Shown here: positions 57,165 through 64,000 of the stretch, piece after piece
Numbering within the stretch: position 1 is the first letter of the stretch
Layout: the number at the start of each line of letters is the position of its first letter
Assembly (NCBI GenBank): GCA_943841885.1
Contig: CALSZZ010000002.1
Span: forward strand, 28,262 to 92,261
Direction of reading: 5' to 3'
DNA: 64,000 bases
Origin: Candidatus Thalassarchaeaceae archaeon
GTDB lineage: Archaea; Thermoplasmatota; Poseidoniia; Poseidoniales; Thalassarchaeaceae
Notes under the pieces: generated by a model
What the model saw: the letters and a program-made list of their open reading frames with translations, nothing else
Databases searched by the model: none
What the model was told of the DNA's origin: nothing
Made by a program: the position numbers and the translations under genes

Positions 57165-58112
57165 TTACATACTCTCTGTCTGAATTAATTTCAACGTAAT
57201 AGTCTTCGACCACGTATTGACTCCAAAAGGTTCAACATGATCTTCATCTTCCATTATTTCTATAAAAATTTCATATTCTCCTAAATTAACATTATCTTTA
57301 TTCATTTGTTCAGCTAAATTCCATGCCATGCCAATATCTTTAGTATTTGATGCAACTTTGGGAAATCCTGTATTTTCTTTTTTGATATTTGTCGCCTCTC
57401 CTCTAGTCCAATTTTCAACAGAATTGAACTTATCTATGGCTTCTATTTGTAGAATAACAGTACCATTGGCTAAAATAATCGGCTCACTAAGGGAATTATG
57501 ATTTAAAGTAACTAAGATTTTAGCATTCTCTGCGTCAACATTATCTCTTACCGCCATACCAAAAACAATATTCGCAGTATCTTCTCTCAGATTTATTTGA
57601 TAGATATCATCATCCCATGAGTAACCAATTATTGCACTATCATCAATATTTTCTATGTCTATTCCTGAAGCCAAGGTAGGGGGGGCAATATCTGCTAAAG
57701 GAGGGTTAAGAAGTAAAAATGAAAGAGCCAACCAAGAAAAAAGAAATAGAAAACTACTCCTAAACCAATTACCTCTTGTGTATAGTTCACTGTATTTATT
57801 TGGTATTAGTATCTTGTGAAGAGAGGGTACTGTTGCTGTCAACATAACAGGTAGAAGCCATATTATTCCTTCCATGGATTCTTGGGTCGGCATGAAAAGA
57901 TATCTCATCACAAATGCTATCATAAATCCATAAATGATTACAAGCCACATAGAAAAAGCATCTGCTACTTCCTTTGTTGCATGAACTTGAGGGTCAAATG
58001 GTTCCAATCCTTTCTTTGATGAATCTTTATTTTCACCTTCACCGCGTTTATTTCTCTTTCCGGAATAAGCGCTGGCACGAAGTGCAGAGTCTATATCTAC
58101 CATACTTTTCAT
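57165..58112 (-). CDS. Membrane protein with a basic cytoplasmic N-terminus, about three TM helices and a C-terminal extracytoplasmic domain; function unknown
   Basis: ATG start. Its stop codon directly abuts the rfcS stop. No motif recognised. Confidence 0.45.
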   Translation of the reverse strand: MKSMVDIDSALRASAYSGKRNKRGEGENKDSSKKGLEPFDPQVHATKEVADAFSMWLVIIYGFMIAFVMRYLFMPTQESMEGIIWLLPVMLTATVPSLHKILIPNKYSELYTRGNWFRSSFLFLFSWLALSFLLLNPPLADIAPPTLASGIDIENIDDSAIIGYSWDDDIYQINLREDTANIVFGMAVRDNVDAENAKILVTLNHNSLSEPIILANGTVILQIEAIDKFNSVENWTRGEATNIKKENTGFPKVASNTKDIGMAWNLAEQMNKDNVNLGEYEIFIEIMEDEDHVEPFGVNTWSKTITLKLIQTESM

Positions 58113-58217
58113 CTTGATGCGGAGATAACTAACACATCAACCCTATGCTAGAGTAGTAATTATTTTCACCTACTCGGGGCGAACGCTCAAATGGTGTTTT
58201 TGAGTGGCCATCATATC

Positions 58218-58369
58218 GCCGGGGTGGCGTAGTTGGTAGCGCGTCGGACTCATAGGGTATTTTTTACTAGAGAAAACTCTCTAGCAAATCTGATGATGAG
58301 CGTAACATAGCCCCTTAGTATGTCTGAGACATCCGAAGGTCGCGGGTTCAAGTCCCGCTCCCGGCACCA
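58218..58369 (+). tRNA. tRNA with anticodon CAU, interrupted by a 76-nt intron at the canonical 37/38 position, CCA encoded; probably elongator tRNA-Met, though a CAU tRNA-Ile2 cannot be excluded
   Basis: Exons fold as GCCGGGG-TG-GCGT-AGTTGGTA-GCGC-G-TCGGA-CTCATA / A-TCCGA-AGGTC-GCGGG-TTCAAGT-CCCGC-TCCCGGC-A-CCA. G1-C72 argues against an initiator tRNA. Confidence 0.9.
58255..58330 (+). other. tRNA intron with a canonical hBHBh' splicing motif
   Basis: The central 4-bp helix pairs C32-A35 (CTCA) with TGAG at 58325-58328. The 3-nt bulges are TA|G and AC|A, with cleavage after the second nucleotide of each. The inner helix pairs GGTAT (58256-58260) with ATGTC (58320-58324). An internal 7-bp hairpin pairs ctagaga/tctctag at 58267-58284. 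Confidence 0.8.
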
Positions 58370-58458
58370 CATAATCTGATTTAAAAAATAATTATTTTTA
58401 ATCAATTAGTAGTATTTCCTACGAGTTGTTCATGGAGTAGGTACATAGCCGACATCCA

Positions 58459-59805
58459 ATGACTGATTGGCCGGAACTGGGAACTTCTGTTCAACTAATT
58501 GTAAAAACATGGGCTGGAGATGGTGTTTACAAGGGAATAGTACTGCCAAATTCAGGGCCAAATCTTCTAACCATTAAACTACAAAATGGATACAATATTT
58601 CATTTCCAGAGTCCTATATCAAATCATTTGAAATCTTATCTAAATCTTCTGAAATGAAGTTAGTTAATGATGATGATCATATTCAAGATAAAACATTACC
58701 ATTAATATATTTAATTCATACTGGAGGAACTATTGCTAGTAAAGTAGATTATAGGACTGGTGCGGTCTCAGCTACTTTCGAGCCAAACGATCTTCTAAAT
58801 TCTATTCCCGAATTAAAAGGAATTGCACGAATAAAAGTCTTAAAATTAGGTAACATGTGGTCAGATGATCTGCGTCCAAGGCATTGGAATAAAATGTTAA
58901 AGGCAACCGAAAAAGCGTTTTCTGATGGTGCAAAAGGTATTGTCATAACTCATGGAACAGATACGCTCCATCTTTCCGCCGCGGCAATGGCATACGGATG
59001 GTCTGGCAACGGTGAAAGACCTCCGGGTAGAATTGTTCTGACTGGTTCACAACGTTCTCCTGACAGAGGGTCATCAGATGCAGCAGAGAATATCATCGCC
59101 TCTGTTATGTGGGCTGCAAATGGCCCACCGCCTTCTGGGTATCGAGATACATCTGTTGTTATCTTACATGCAAAATCCTCAGACGGTAATTGTGTGGTCC
59201 TACCTGGTTGTGCAAGTAGAAAATTTCATTCTTCAAGGAGAGATGCTTTTCAATCAATTAACCAAGATCCTTTAGCATATATTATGGTCAATAAAAAAGA
59301 AATAACAATTAAAATGAGTGATTTTGAACCCTTTGAAGCAAGATTTGAGTCATCCAAACCAAACTTATTCGACGAACAAATAAAAATTGCAGAATTTATT
59401 GCAGGGCCTCATTTACAAACCTCTCTTGTCCAATCAGCAATAAAATTAAATTTTAACGCTTTGTTATTCCATGGTACTGGTTTAGGCCATTTGCCCATTT
59501 CTGATCCAGAAGACGATAGTATAGAAAATATCAAACTTAGAACTACTTTGGAAGATTACTGTAATCAAGGAGGGATAGCAGTAGTAGTTGCACAAACCGT
59601 GCACGGCCAAGTAAATATGGATGTATATTCAAAAGGACGTCAACAACAAGAAATTGGAATATTAGGTCATAAATCTTATTGCCCTCCAGGTTCAGCTCTG
59701 GTGAAATTACACTATTTACTATCAACAGGTAAGGACAGAGAGTCTGTGAAAAATAAATGGATATTAGACCTTGTTGGAGAAAATCCCTCATTCTCTCTAG
59801 ACTAA
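58459..59805 (+). CDS. gatD: Glutamyl-tRNA(Gln) amidotransferase subunit D
   Basis: An N-terminal GatD-specific domain is followed by an L-asparaginase-type domain (IHTGGTIASKVDYRTGAV, ITHGTDTL). Confidence 0.85.
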   Translation: MTDWPELGTSVQLIVKTWAGDGVYKGIVLPNSGPNLLTIKLQNGYNISFPESYIKSFEILSKSSEMKLVNDDDHIQDKTLPLIYLIHTGGTIASKVDYRTGAVSATFEPNDLLNSIPELKGIARIKVLKLGNMWSDDLRPRHWNKMLKATEKAFSDGAKGIVITHGTDTLHLSAAAMAYGWSGNGERPPGRIVLTGSQRSPDRGSSDAAENIIASVMWAANGPPPSGYRDTSVVILHAKSSDGNCVVLPGCASRKFHSSRRDAFQSINQDPLAYIMVNKKEITIKMSDFEPFEARFESSKPNLFDEQIKIAEFIAGPHLQTSLVQSAIKLNFNALLFHGTGLGHLPISDPEDDSIENIKLRTTLEDYCNQGGIAVVVAQTVHGQVNMDVYSKGRQQQEIGILGHKSYCPPGSALVKLHYLLSTGKDRESVKNKWILDLVGENPSFSLD

Positions 59806-59835
59806 GATTTTAACCGTTTTAATGATGAACCTGCT

Positions 59836-61401
59836 ATGCCTCCGAGGCATATGGCGGGACTTTCTAATGAAGAGAATTTAGACGCCATGAGATTTGATGC
59901 CAATAATCCTGGAGAAAGAAAAAGATTAGAAAATATAAGATCATCAGGGCAACAAACATCAAGAGAAAGAATCATCAACATTCTTGATGAAAAAACATTC
60001 GTTGAAGTAGATGCCTTTGTAAACCACCGTTCAGCAATTAATAATTTACATCTACACCGACCTTTAGGTGATGGGGTGGTAGCTGGATACGGCATGATAG
60101 ATGGCCGAAGGGTAGTTTGTTTTTCTCAAGATTCCTCAGTATTTGAAGGCTCAATTGGTGAGATGCATGCTAGAAAAATAGTTAAAATACTTGAATTTGC
60201 CGAAAAAACCCTCCTTCCTGTAATAGCAATATGGGACGGTAATGGAGAAAGACCAGAAGAAGGAATATCTTCTCTAGGTCCTTCTGGAGAAATACTTAAT
60301 TTGATGGTTGCATGTTCTGGTAGAATACCTTTGATTTCAATTATTATGGGTAAAGTAACAGGAGTAAGTGCATTGGCCGTCGGCCTATCGGACTTTGTAA
60401 TACTGAATTCTGTAAATGGAAATATGACTTTATCCAGTGAAAATAATCATTTTGATTATAATCCAAAGGAGGAAATAGAAGATTTTTCAGAACATGCAAC
60501 TAGTCATTTTATTAGAAGCGGAGTTGCCTGTTTGATTGCAGAAGATGATACTTCTGCACTTGAATTAGCCTCTGATTTATTATCTTACTTCCCCGATAAT
60601 ATGCTCTCTAAATCACCAGTATTGAAGAATGATGATATTTGGAATAGGAATTGTGATGAAATTAATAAAATCTTACATTATGGACAAGAAAAGACATACG
60701 ATGTAAGGGATATAATAAAGATAATTTTTGATAAAAAAACATTTTTAGAATTATTTTCGGATTATGCAAGTAACATTGTGGTTGGATTGGCACGTTTGGA
60801 TGGTATCTCTATTGGGATAATTGCAAACCAGGCTTCTGTATTAGAAGGCCGTCTAGACATAAAATCTTCAGTTAAAGCAGCCAGATTTATCCGTACCTGT
60901 GACTGTTTTAATATTCCTATTGTGACATTAATAGATTCACCCGGTTTCCTACCTGAGGTGGCTCATGAATTCGGTGGAGCAATTAAGGCCGGCGCGAAAT
61001 TACTTTTTGCATATTCTGAAGCAACAGTACCAAAATTATCAGTAGTCATTGGGAAAGCATACGGGGGGGCATATATGGCTATGGGATGCAAACAACTAAA
61101 TTCTGACTATAATATTTGCTGGCCATCCGGGCAAATTACTGTAATGAAGTCTAAGGATGCAGTTAATATAATTCATAGAAAAGAATTATTTAATTCAGAA
61201 AATCATCATAAAAAATATAAAAAATTATTAAATAAATATAATGAAAAATTTGATGATTCTTATGCTGCAGCAAAAAAAGGATGGATTGATGATGTAATAG
61301 AGCCAGAAATGACTAGAAAAAATCTAATTAAAGCTCTTCGTCCCCTATTATCAAAAAAAGAATGGTCTCCTCCAAAGAAGCATGATAATATGCCACTTTA
61401 G
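59836..61401 (+). CDS. Acyl-CoA carboxylase carboxyltransferase subunit (propionyl-CoA carboxylase beta / methylmalonyl-CoA carboxyltransferase 12S type)
   Basis: QTSRERIINILDEKTFVEVDAF, GYGMIDGRRVVCFSQD, ANQASVLEGRLDIKSSVKAARFIRTCDCFNIPIVTLIDSPGF and GGAYMAMG. Confidence 0.85.
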   Translation: MPPRHMAGLSNEENLDAMRFDANNPGERKRLENIRSSGQQTSRERIINILDEKTFVEVDAFVNHRSAINNLHLHRPLGDGVVAGYGMIDGRRVVCFSQDSSVFEGSIGEMHARKIVKILEFAEKTLLPVIAIWDGNGERPEEGISSLGPSGEILNLMVACSGRIPLISIIMGKVTGVSALAVGLSDFVILNSVNGNMTLSSENNHFDYNPKEEIEDFSEHATSHFIRSGVACLIAEDDTSALELASDLLSYFPDNMLSKSPVLKNDDIWNRNCDEINKILHYGQEKTYDVRDIIKIIFDKKTFLELFSDYASNIVVGLARLDGISIGIIANQASVLEGRLDIKSSVKAARFIRTCDCFNIPIVTLIDSPGFLPEVAHEFGGAIKAGAKLLFAYSEATVPKLSVVIGKAYGGAYMAMGCKQLNSDYNICWPSGQITVMKSKDAVNIIHRKELFNSENHHKKYKKLLNKYNEKFDDSYAAAKKGWIDDVIEPEMTRKNLIKALRPLLSKKEWSPPKKHDNMPL

Positions 61402-61402
61402 A

Positions 61403-62128
61403 TTATAATTTATTTAATACGTAATCTATGGAAGGAAAATTTCCTATATTTTCGGTTAAGAAAAAAATCTTCCATGCCTCTAAATGTTGAGCTACAAGCA
61501 TTATTATAGCAAAATCTTCCTTATAATAATCTCTATTGTATGATATTGTAGTAAATTCCTTCGATAGGATATCTCCATTATTATTAGTTCCAGGAATTGA
61601 ATCAAAATTAATTGATATATCAGATTCATCATTACTAATTATTGATTCACTCCAAGGTCCCAAGGCAAGTTCCCTTCGCCCCTTTACAATAATTATTTTT
61701 CCACCATTCTTCGTCCAATGGTATGCAATAGATCGCGCCGTCGAACCTCCTCCCTTCATTTTTAATATCGACTCATTTATTTCAATTCCACAATATTTTA
61801 TGGCCTCAATAAATCCTAAACCATCCGTATTAATTCCTCTAAATTCACCTCCAATATTCGTTATTTGATTTATTGCTTGTATTTCATTATCATATTCAAT
61901 TTCAAATTTTTTATACAATAAGTGCTTTAATGGTGATGTAACTGAAAGCCAAAAAGTACTACTTAAATGTTCTATTTTCATTGTTAATTCTTCTATATTT
62001 CGGGCTTCAATAAAAATAGTTTCTGGACTCTCAATGCCCATATATTCTCCAACAATATTGAATAGCCTTGGAGTTAAAGAATGCTCCACAGGAAATCCGA
62101 CAACTCCCCAGTATTCGGGCACCTTCAT
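61403..62128 (-). CDS. aroE: Shikimate 5-dehydrogenase-like protein (short form)
   Basis: VVGFPVEHSLTPRLFN (HS.SP), SVTSPLK, INTDGLGF and the Gly-rich NAD(P) loop MKGGGSTARS. Confidence 0.65.
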   Translation of the reverse strand: MKVPEYWGVVGFPVEHSLTPRLFNIVGEYMGIESPETIFIEARNIEELTMKIEHLSSTFWLSVTSPLKHLLYKKFEIEYDNEIQAINQITNIGGEFRGINTDGLGFIEAIKYCGIEINESILKMKGGGSTARSIAYHWTKNGGKIIIVKGRRELALGPWSESIISNDESDISINFDSIPGTNNNGDILSKEFTTISYNRDYYKEDFAIIMLVAQHLEAWKIFFLTENIGNFPSIDYVLNKL

Positions 62129-62190
62129 AACCCCTCCTAGGTGCTATTAGCAATGAAGGTTTCAAACCTCATGAGTATTTCGATGTGCCA

Positions 62191-63906
62191 ATGGATAGTG
62201 ACATAGACATTGCCAGAGCGGCAAATCCGATTCATATTGAAAATATAGCAAAACAACTTGGATTATCTCGTAGTGACTTGATTATGCACGGTTCAAATGT
62301 AGCAAAAGTTTCATGGGATTCTTTGAAAAATAAAAGTAAAAATACCAATGGTTCATTGATATTGGTAACTAGCGTTAACCCAACTCCTTTTGGTGAGGGT
62401 AAGACTGTCACAACAATTGGTCTTAATCAAGGTTTGAATCTTCAAGGGCACAACGCATGTTGTGTAATTCGCGAACCTTCACTTGGCCCGGTATTTGGGA
62501 TAAAAGGTGGAGCTGCTGGTGGAGGGTTTTCTCAAGTTCTACCAATGGAACAAATTAATTTACATTTTACTGGAGATTTACATGCAATTACATCAGCTCA
62601 TAATTTATGTTCTGCAATTTTAGATAACTGCCTCCATCGCGGAAATAATCTGGATATAAATACAAATAGGATATTTTGGCCTAGAGTTGTCGATATGAAT
62701 GATAGGAGTTTAAGAGAGATAACAATAGGTTTGGGCGGCGCTTCAAATGGTTTAGATCGTACGGATAGATTTGATATAACCGCTGCAAGTGAAGTAATGG
62801 CAATACTATCACTTGCATCTGACTATAGTGATTTAAGAGCAAGACTTGGCCAAATAATAGTTGCAGAAAATAATCAAGGGCAACCAGTTACTGCTGAAGA
62901 TATCGAAGCAGCAGGAGCAATGGCACTCCTTTTGAGAGAAGCATTTCTGCCAAATTTGGTTCAAACTTTGGAAGGAAATCCTGCATTCGTTCATTGTGGT
63001 CCTTTTGCAAATATAGCACATGGCAACTCTTCTGTGATAGCAGATAAAATAGCACTCTCGTGTTCTGATTTTGTAGTCACTGAAGCAGGTTTTGGGGCTG
63101 AAATGGGTGCACAAAAAGCATTACATATTAAATCAGCTGCATCGGGAATTGTACCATCTTGTATAGTTTTAAATGTTACAATTAGAAGTATGAAACTTCA
63201 TGGAGGGGGATTTTCAACAGAGGGAGGGGCCCGTCCATCTAAAGAAGAAATTGAATTAGAAAATATAGATGCAGTACGCCGAGGCGCATCTTCCAATTTA
63301 AGACGCCATATCTTAAACTTAGCCACTACTGAGATTCCTGTAGTAGTATCAATAAATAAATTTTCATCAGATACTGTCGCCGAGATAAATGCTATAAAAG
63401 AAGAGGCCAAAGAATTCGGAGCAGTAGATGTTGTTATATTTGAAGGCCACGAAAAAGGAGGGAAAGGAGCTATTGAATTAGCGAGTGCTGTGGTGGATGC
63501 ATGCAAAAAGCATATCAAAAATAAAAAACCATTTTGTCCTATTGTAGACCCAGGGACAGAAGTCGAACAAACTATTTTGAAGATTGCAACAAACATTTAC
63601 GGAGCCCAATCAGTAGATTTCAGTACAGATGCTTTACGTACGTTAGAAACCATAAAAAAATGGGGCAAAAACACACTCCCTGTTTGTATGGCTAAAAATC
63701 AATATTCATTTAGTCATGACAAAAAAATATTAGGGGCCCCCTCGGGCTTCAATATGCCAATAAGGGAACTTAGAATTAATGCTGGTGCCGGATTCATCGT
63801 AGCCGTTTGTGGTTCGATGATGACAATGCCTGGCCTGCCAAGAAGGCCCGCTGCTTCAAATATGGACATGGATGAAAATGGCCATCTCACTGGCGTGTTT
63901 GGATGA
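62191..63906 (+). CDS. fhs: Formate--tetrahydrofolate ligase
   Basis: SDIDIARAA, VNPTPFGEGKTVTTIGL, EPSLGPVFGIKGGAAGGG and FVHCGPFANIAHGNSS. The ATG at 62191 is preferred over the GTG at 62185. Confidence 0.95.
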   Translation: MDSDIDIARAANPIHIENIAKQLGLSRSDLIMHGSNVAKVSWDSLKNKSKNTNGSLILVTSVNPTPFGEGKTVTTIGLNQGLNLQGHNACCVIREPSLGPVFGIKGGAAGGGFSQVLPMEQINLHFTGDLHAITSAHNLCSAILDNCLHRGNNLDINTNRIFWPRVVDMNDRSLREITIGLGGASNGLDRTDRFDITAASEVMAILSLASDYSDLRARLGQIIVAENNQGQPVTAEDIEAAGAMALLLREAFLPNLVQTLEGNPAFVHCGPFANIAHGNSSVIADKIALSCSDFVVTEAGFGAEMGAQKALHIKSAASGIVPSCIVLNVTIRSMKLHGGGFSTEGGARPSKEEIELENIDAVRRGASSNLRRHILNLATTEIPVVVSINKFSSDTVAEINAIKEEAKEFGAVDVVIFEGHEKGGKGAIELASAVVDACKKHIKNKKPFCPIVDPGTEVEQTILKIATNIYGAQSVDFSTDALRTLETIKKWGKNTLPVCMAKNQYSFSHDKKILGAPSGFNMPIRELRINAGAGFIVAVCGSMMTMPGLPRRPAASNMDMDENGHLTGVFG

Positions 63907-63938
63907 GTGTGATCAAGTGCGAAAAATTACTAATCTAG

Positions 63939-64000
63939 ATGAAGGATTTAGAGTTAAAATAGATGATGATGATGATTTGTGGACATTATCTCAGATATGT
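63939..64000 (+). CDS. Probable pelota (Dom34-like mRNA surveillance factor), first ~20 codons only
   Basis: My translation gives MKDLELKIDDDDDLWTLSQIC. The DDLW..xxI block resembles the conserved pelota N-terminus (PE..DDLWHLYNII). This is very short evidence at the window edge. Confidence 0.4.

Noticed and set aside
58289-58327. The tRNA intron acting as a cis box C/D guide for 2'-O-methylation of its own anticodon loop, as in haloarchaeal pre-tRNA-Trp
   Set aside because: The 12 nt upstream of the CTGA can pair with the anticodon region over only about 4 contiguous bp (CATA/TATG). The N+5 position would fall on A37. No separate terminal box C or internal D'/C' pair with a loop is present, because CTGA and TGATGA overlap at 58290-58299. 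I kept it only as a weaker K-turn or trans-guide hypothesis in the findings.
1-64000. Search for CRISPR arrays, IS elements or transposases, integrases, prophage genes, toxin-antitoxin pairs and known defence-system signatures
   Set aside because: By eye I found no regularly spaced direct repeats outside the protease coding repeats. No DDE/tyrosine/serine recombinase motifs appear in any ORF. I saw no restriction-modification, Cas, Argonaute or STAND-type ATPase signatures. The only rearrangement scar is the pyrC relic reported above.

Overview
This is a compact, visibly AT-rich archaeal chromosome segment with almost no intergenic space; several start/stop codons overlap and three convergent gene pairs overlap or directly abut at their stop codons. 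Archaeal information-processing genes are present: Hel308/Ski2-like helicase (partial), RNA polymerase subunit K, RFC small subunit, GatD, an NFACT/RqcH-like protein, a probable pelota N-terminus, and a tRNA-Met with a canonical bulge-helix-bulge intron. They are interleaved with aerobic heterotroph metabolism: heme O and heme A synthases, two-subunit 2-oxoacid:ferredoxin oxidoreductase, aconitase, thiolase, acyl-CoA dehydrogenase, acyl-CoA synthetase, fused IcmF-type mutase, acyl-CoA carboxyltransferase, tryptophan 2,3-dioxygenase, and a LigB-type extradiol dioxygenase pair followed by a RidA-family gene. Two very large C-terminally anchored surface proteins are also encoded: a kexin/furin-like S8 protease with a P-domain and calcium-binding repeats, and a protein of about 2200 aa with FG-GAP repeats. 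The gene mix and composition suggest a marine planktonic euryarchaeote of the Marine Group II (Poseidoniales) type; this is inference only. I found no CRISPR array, transposase, integrase or recognisable defence system. The most unusual observations are: (1) a relic second copy of the pyrC 3' end that brackets a two-gene insertion; (2) a 76-nt tRNA-Met intron with an internal hairpin and C/D-box-like motifs; (3) an APC amino-acid permease fused to a C-terminal EF-hand pair; (4) the domain architecture of the two giant surface proteins; (5) a SMUG1-type uracil-DNA glycosylase and other bacterial- or eukaryote-like genes in an archaeal context. All functional calls come from reading motifs in the supplied translations, plus my own translation of the window edges; no database search was possible.
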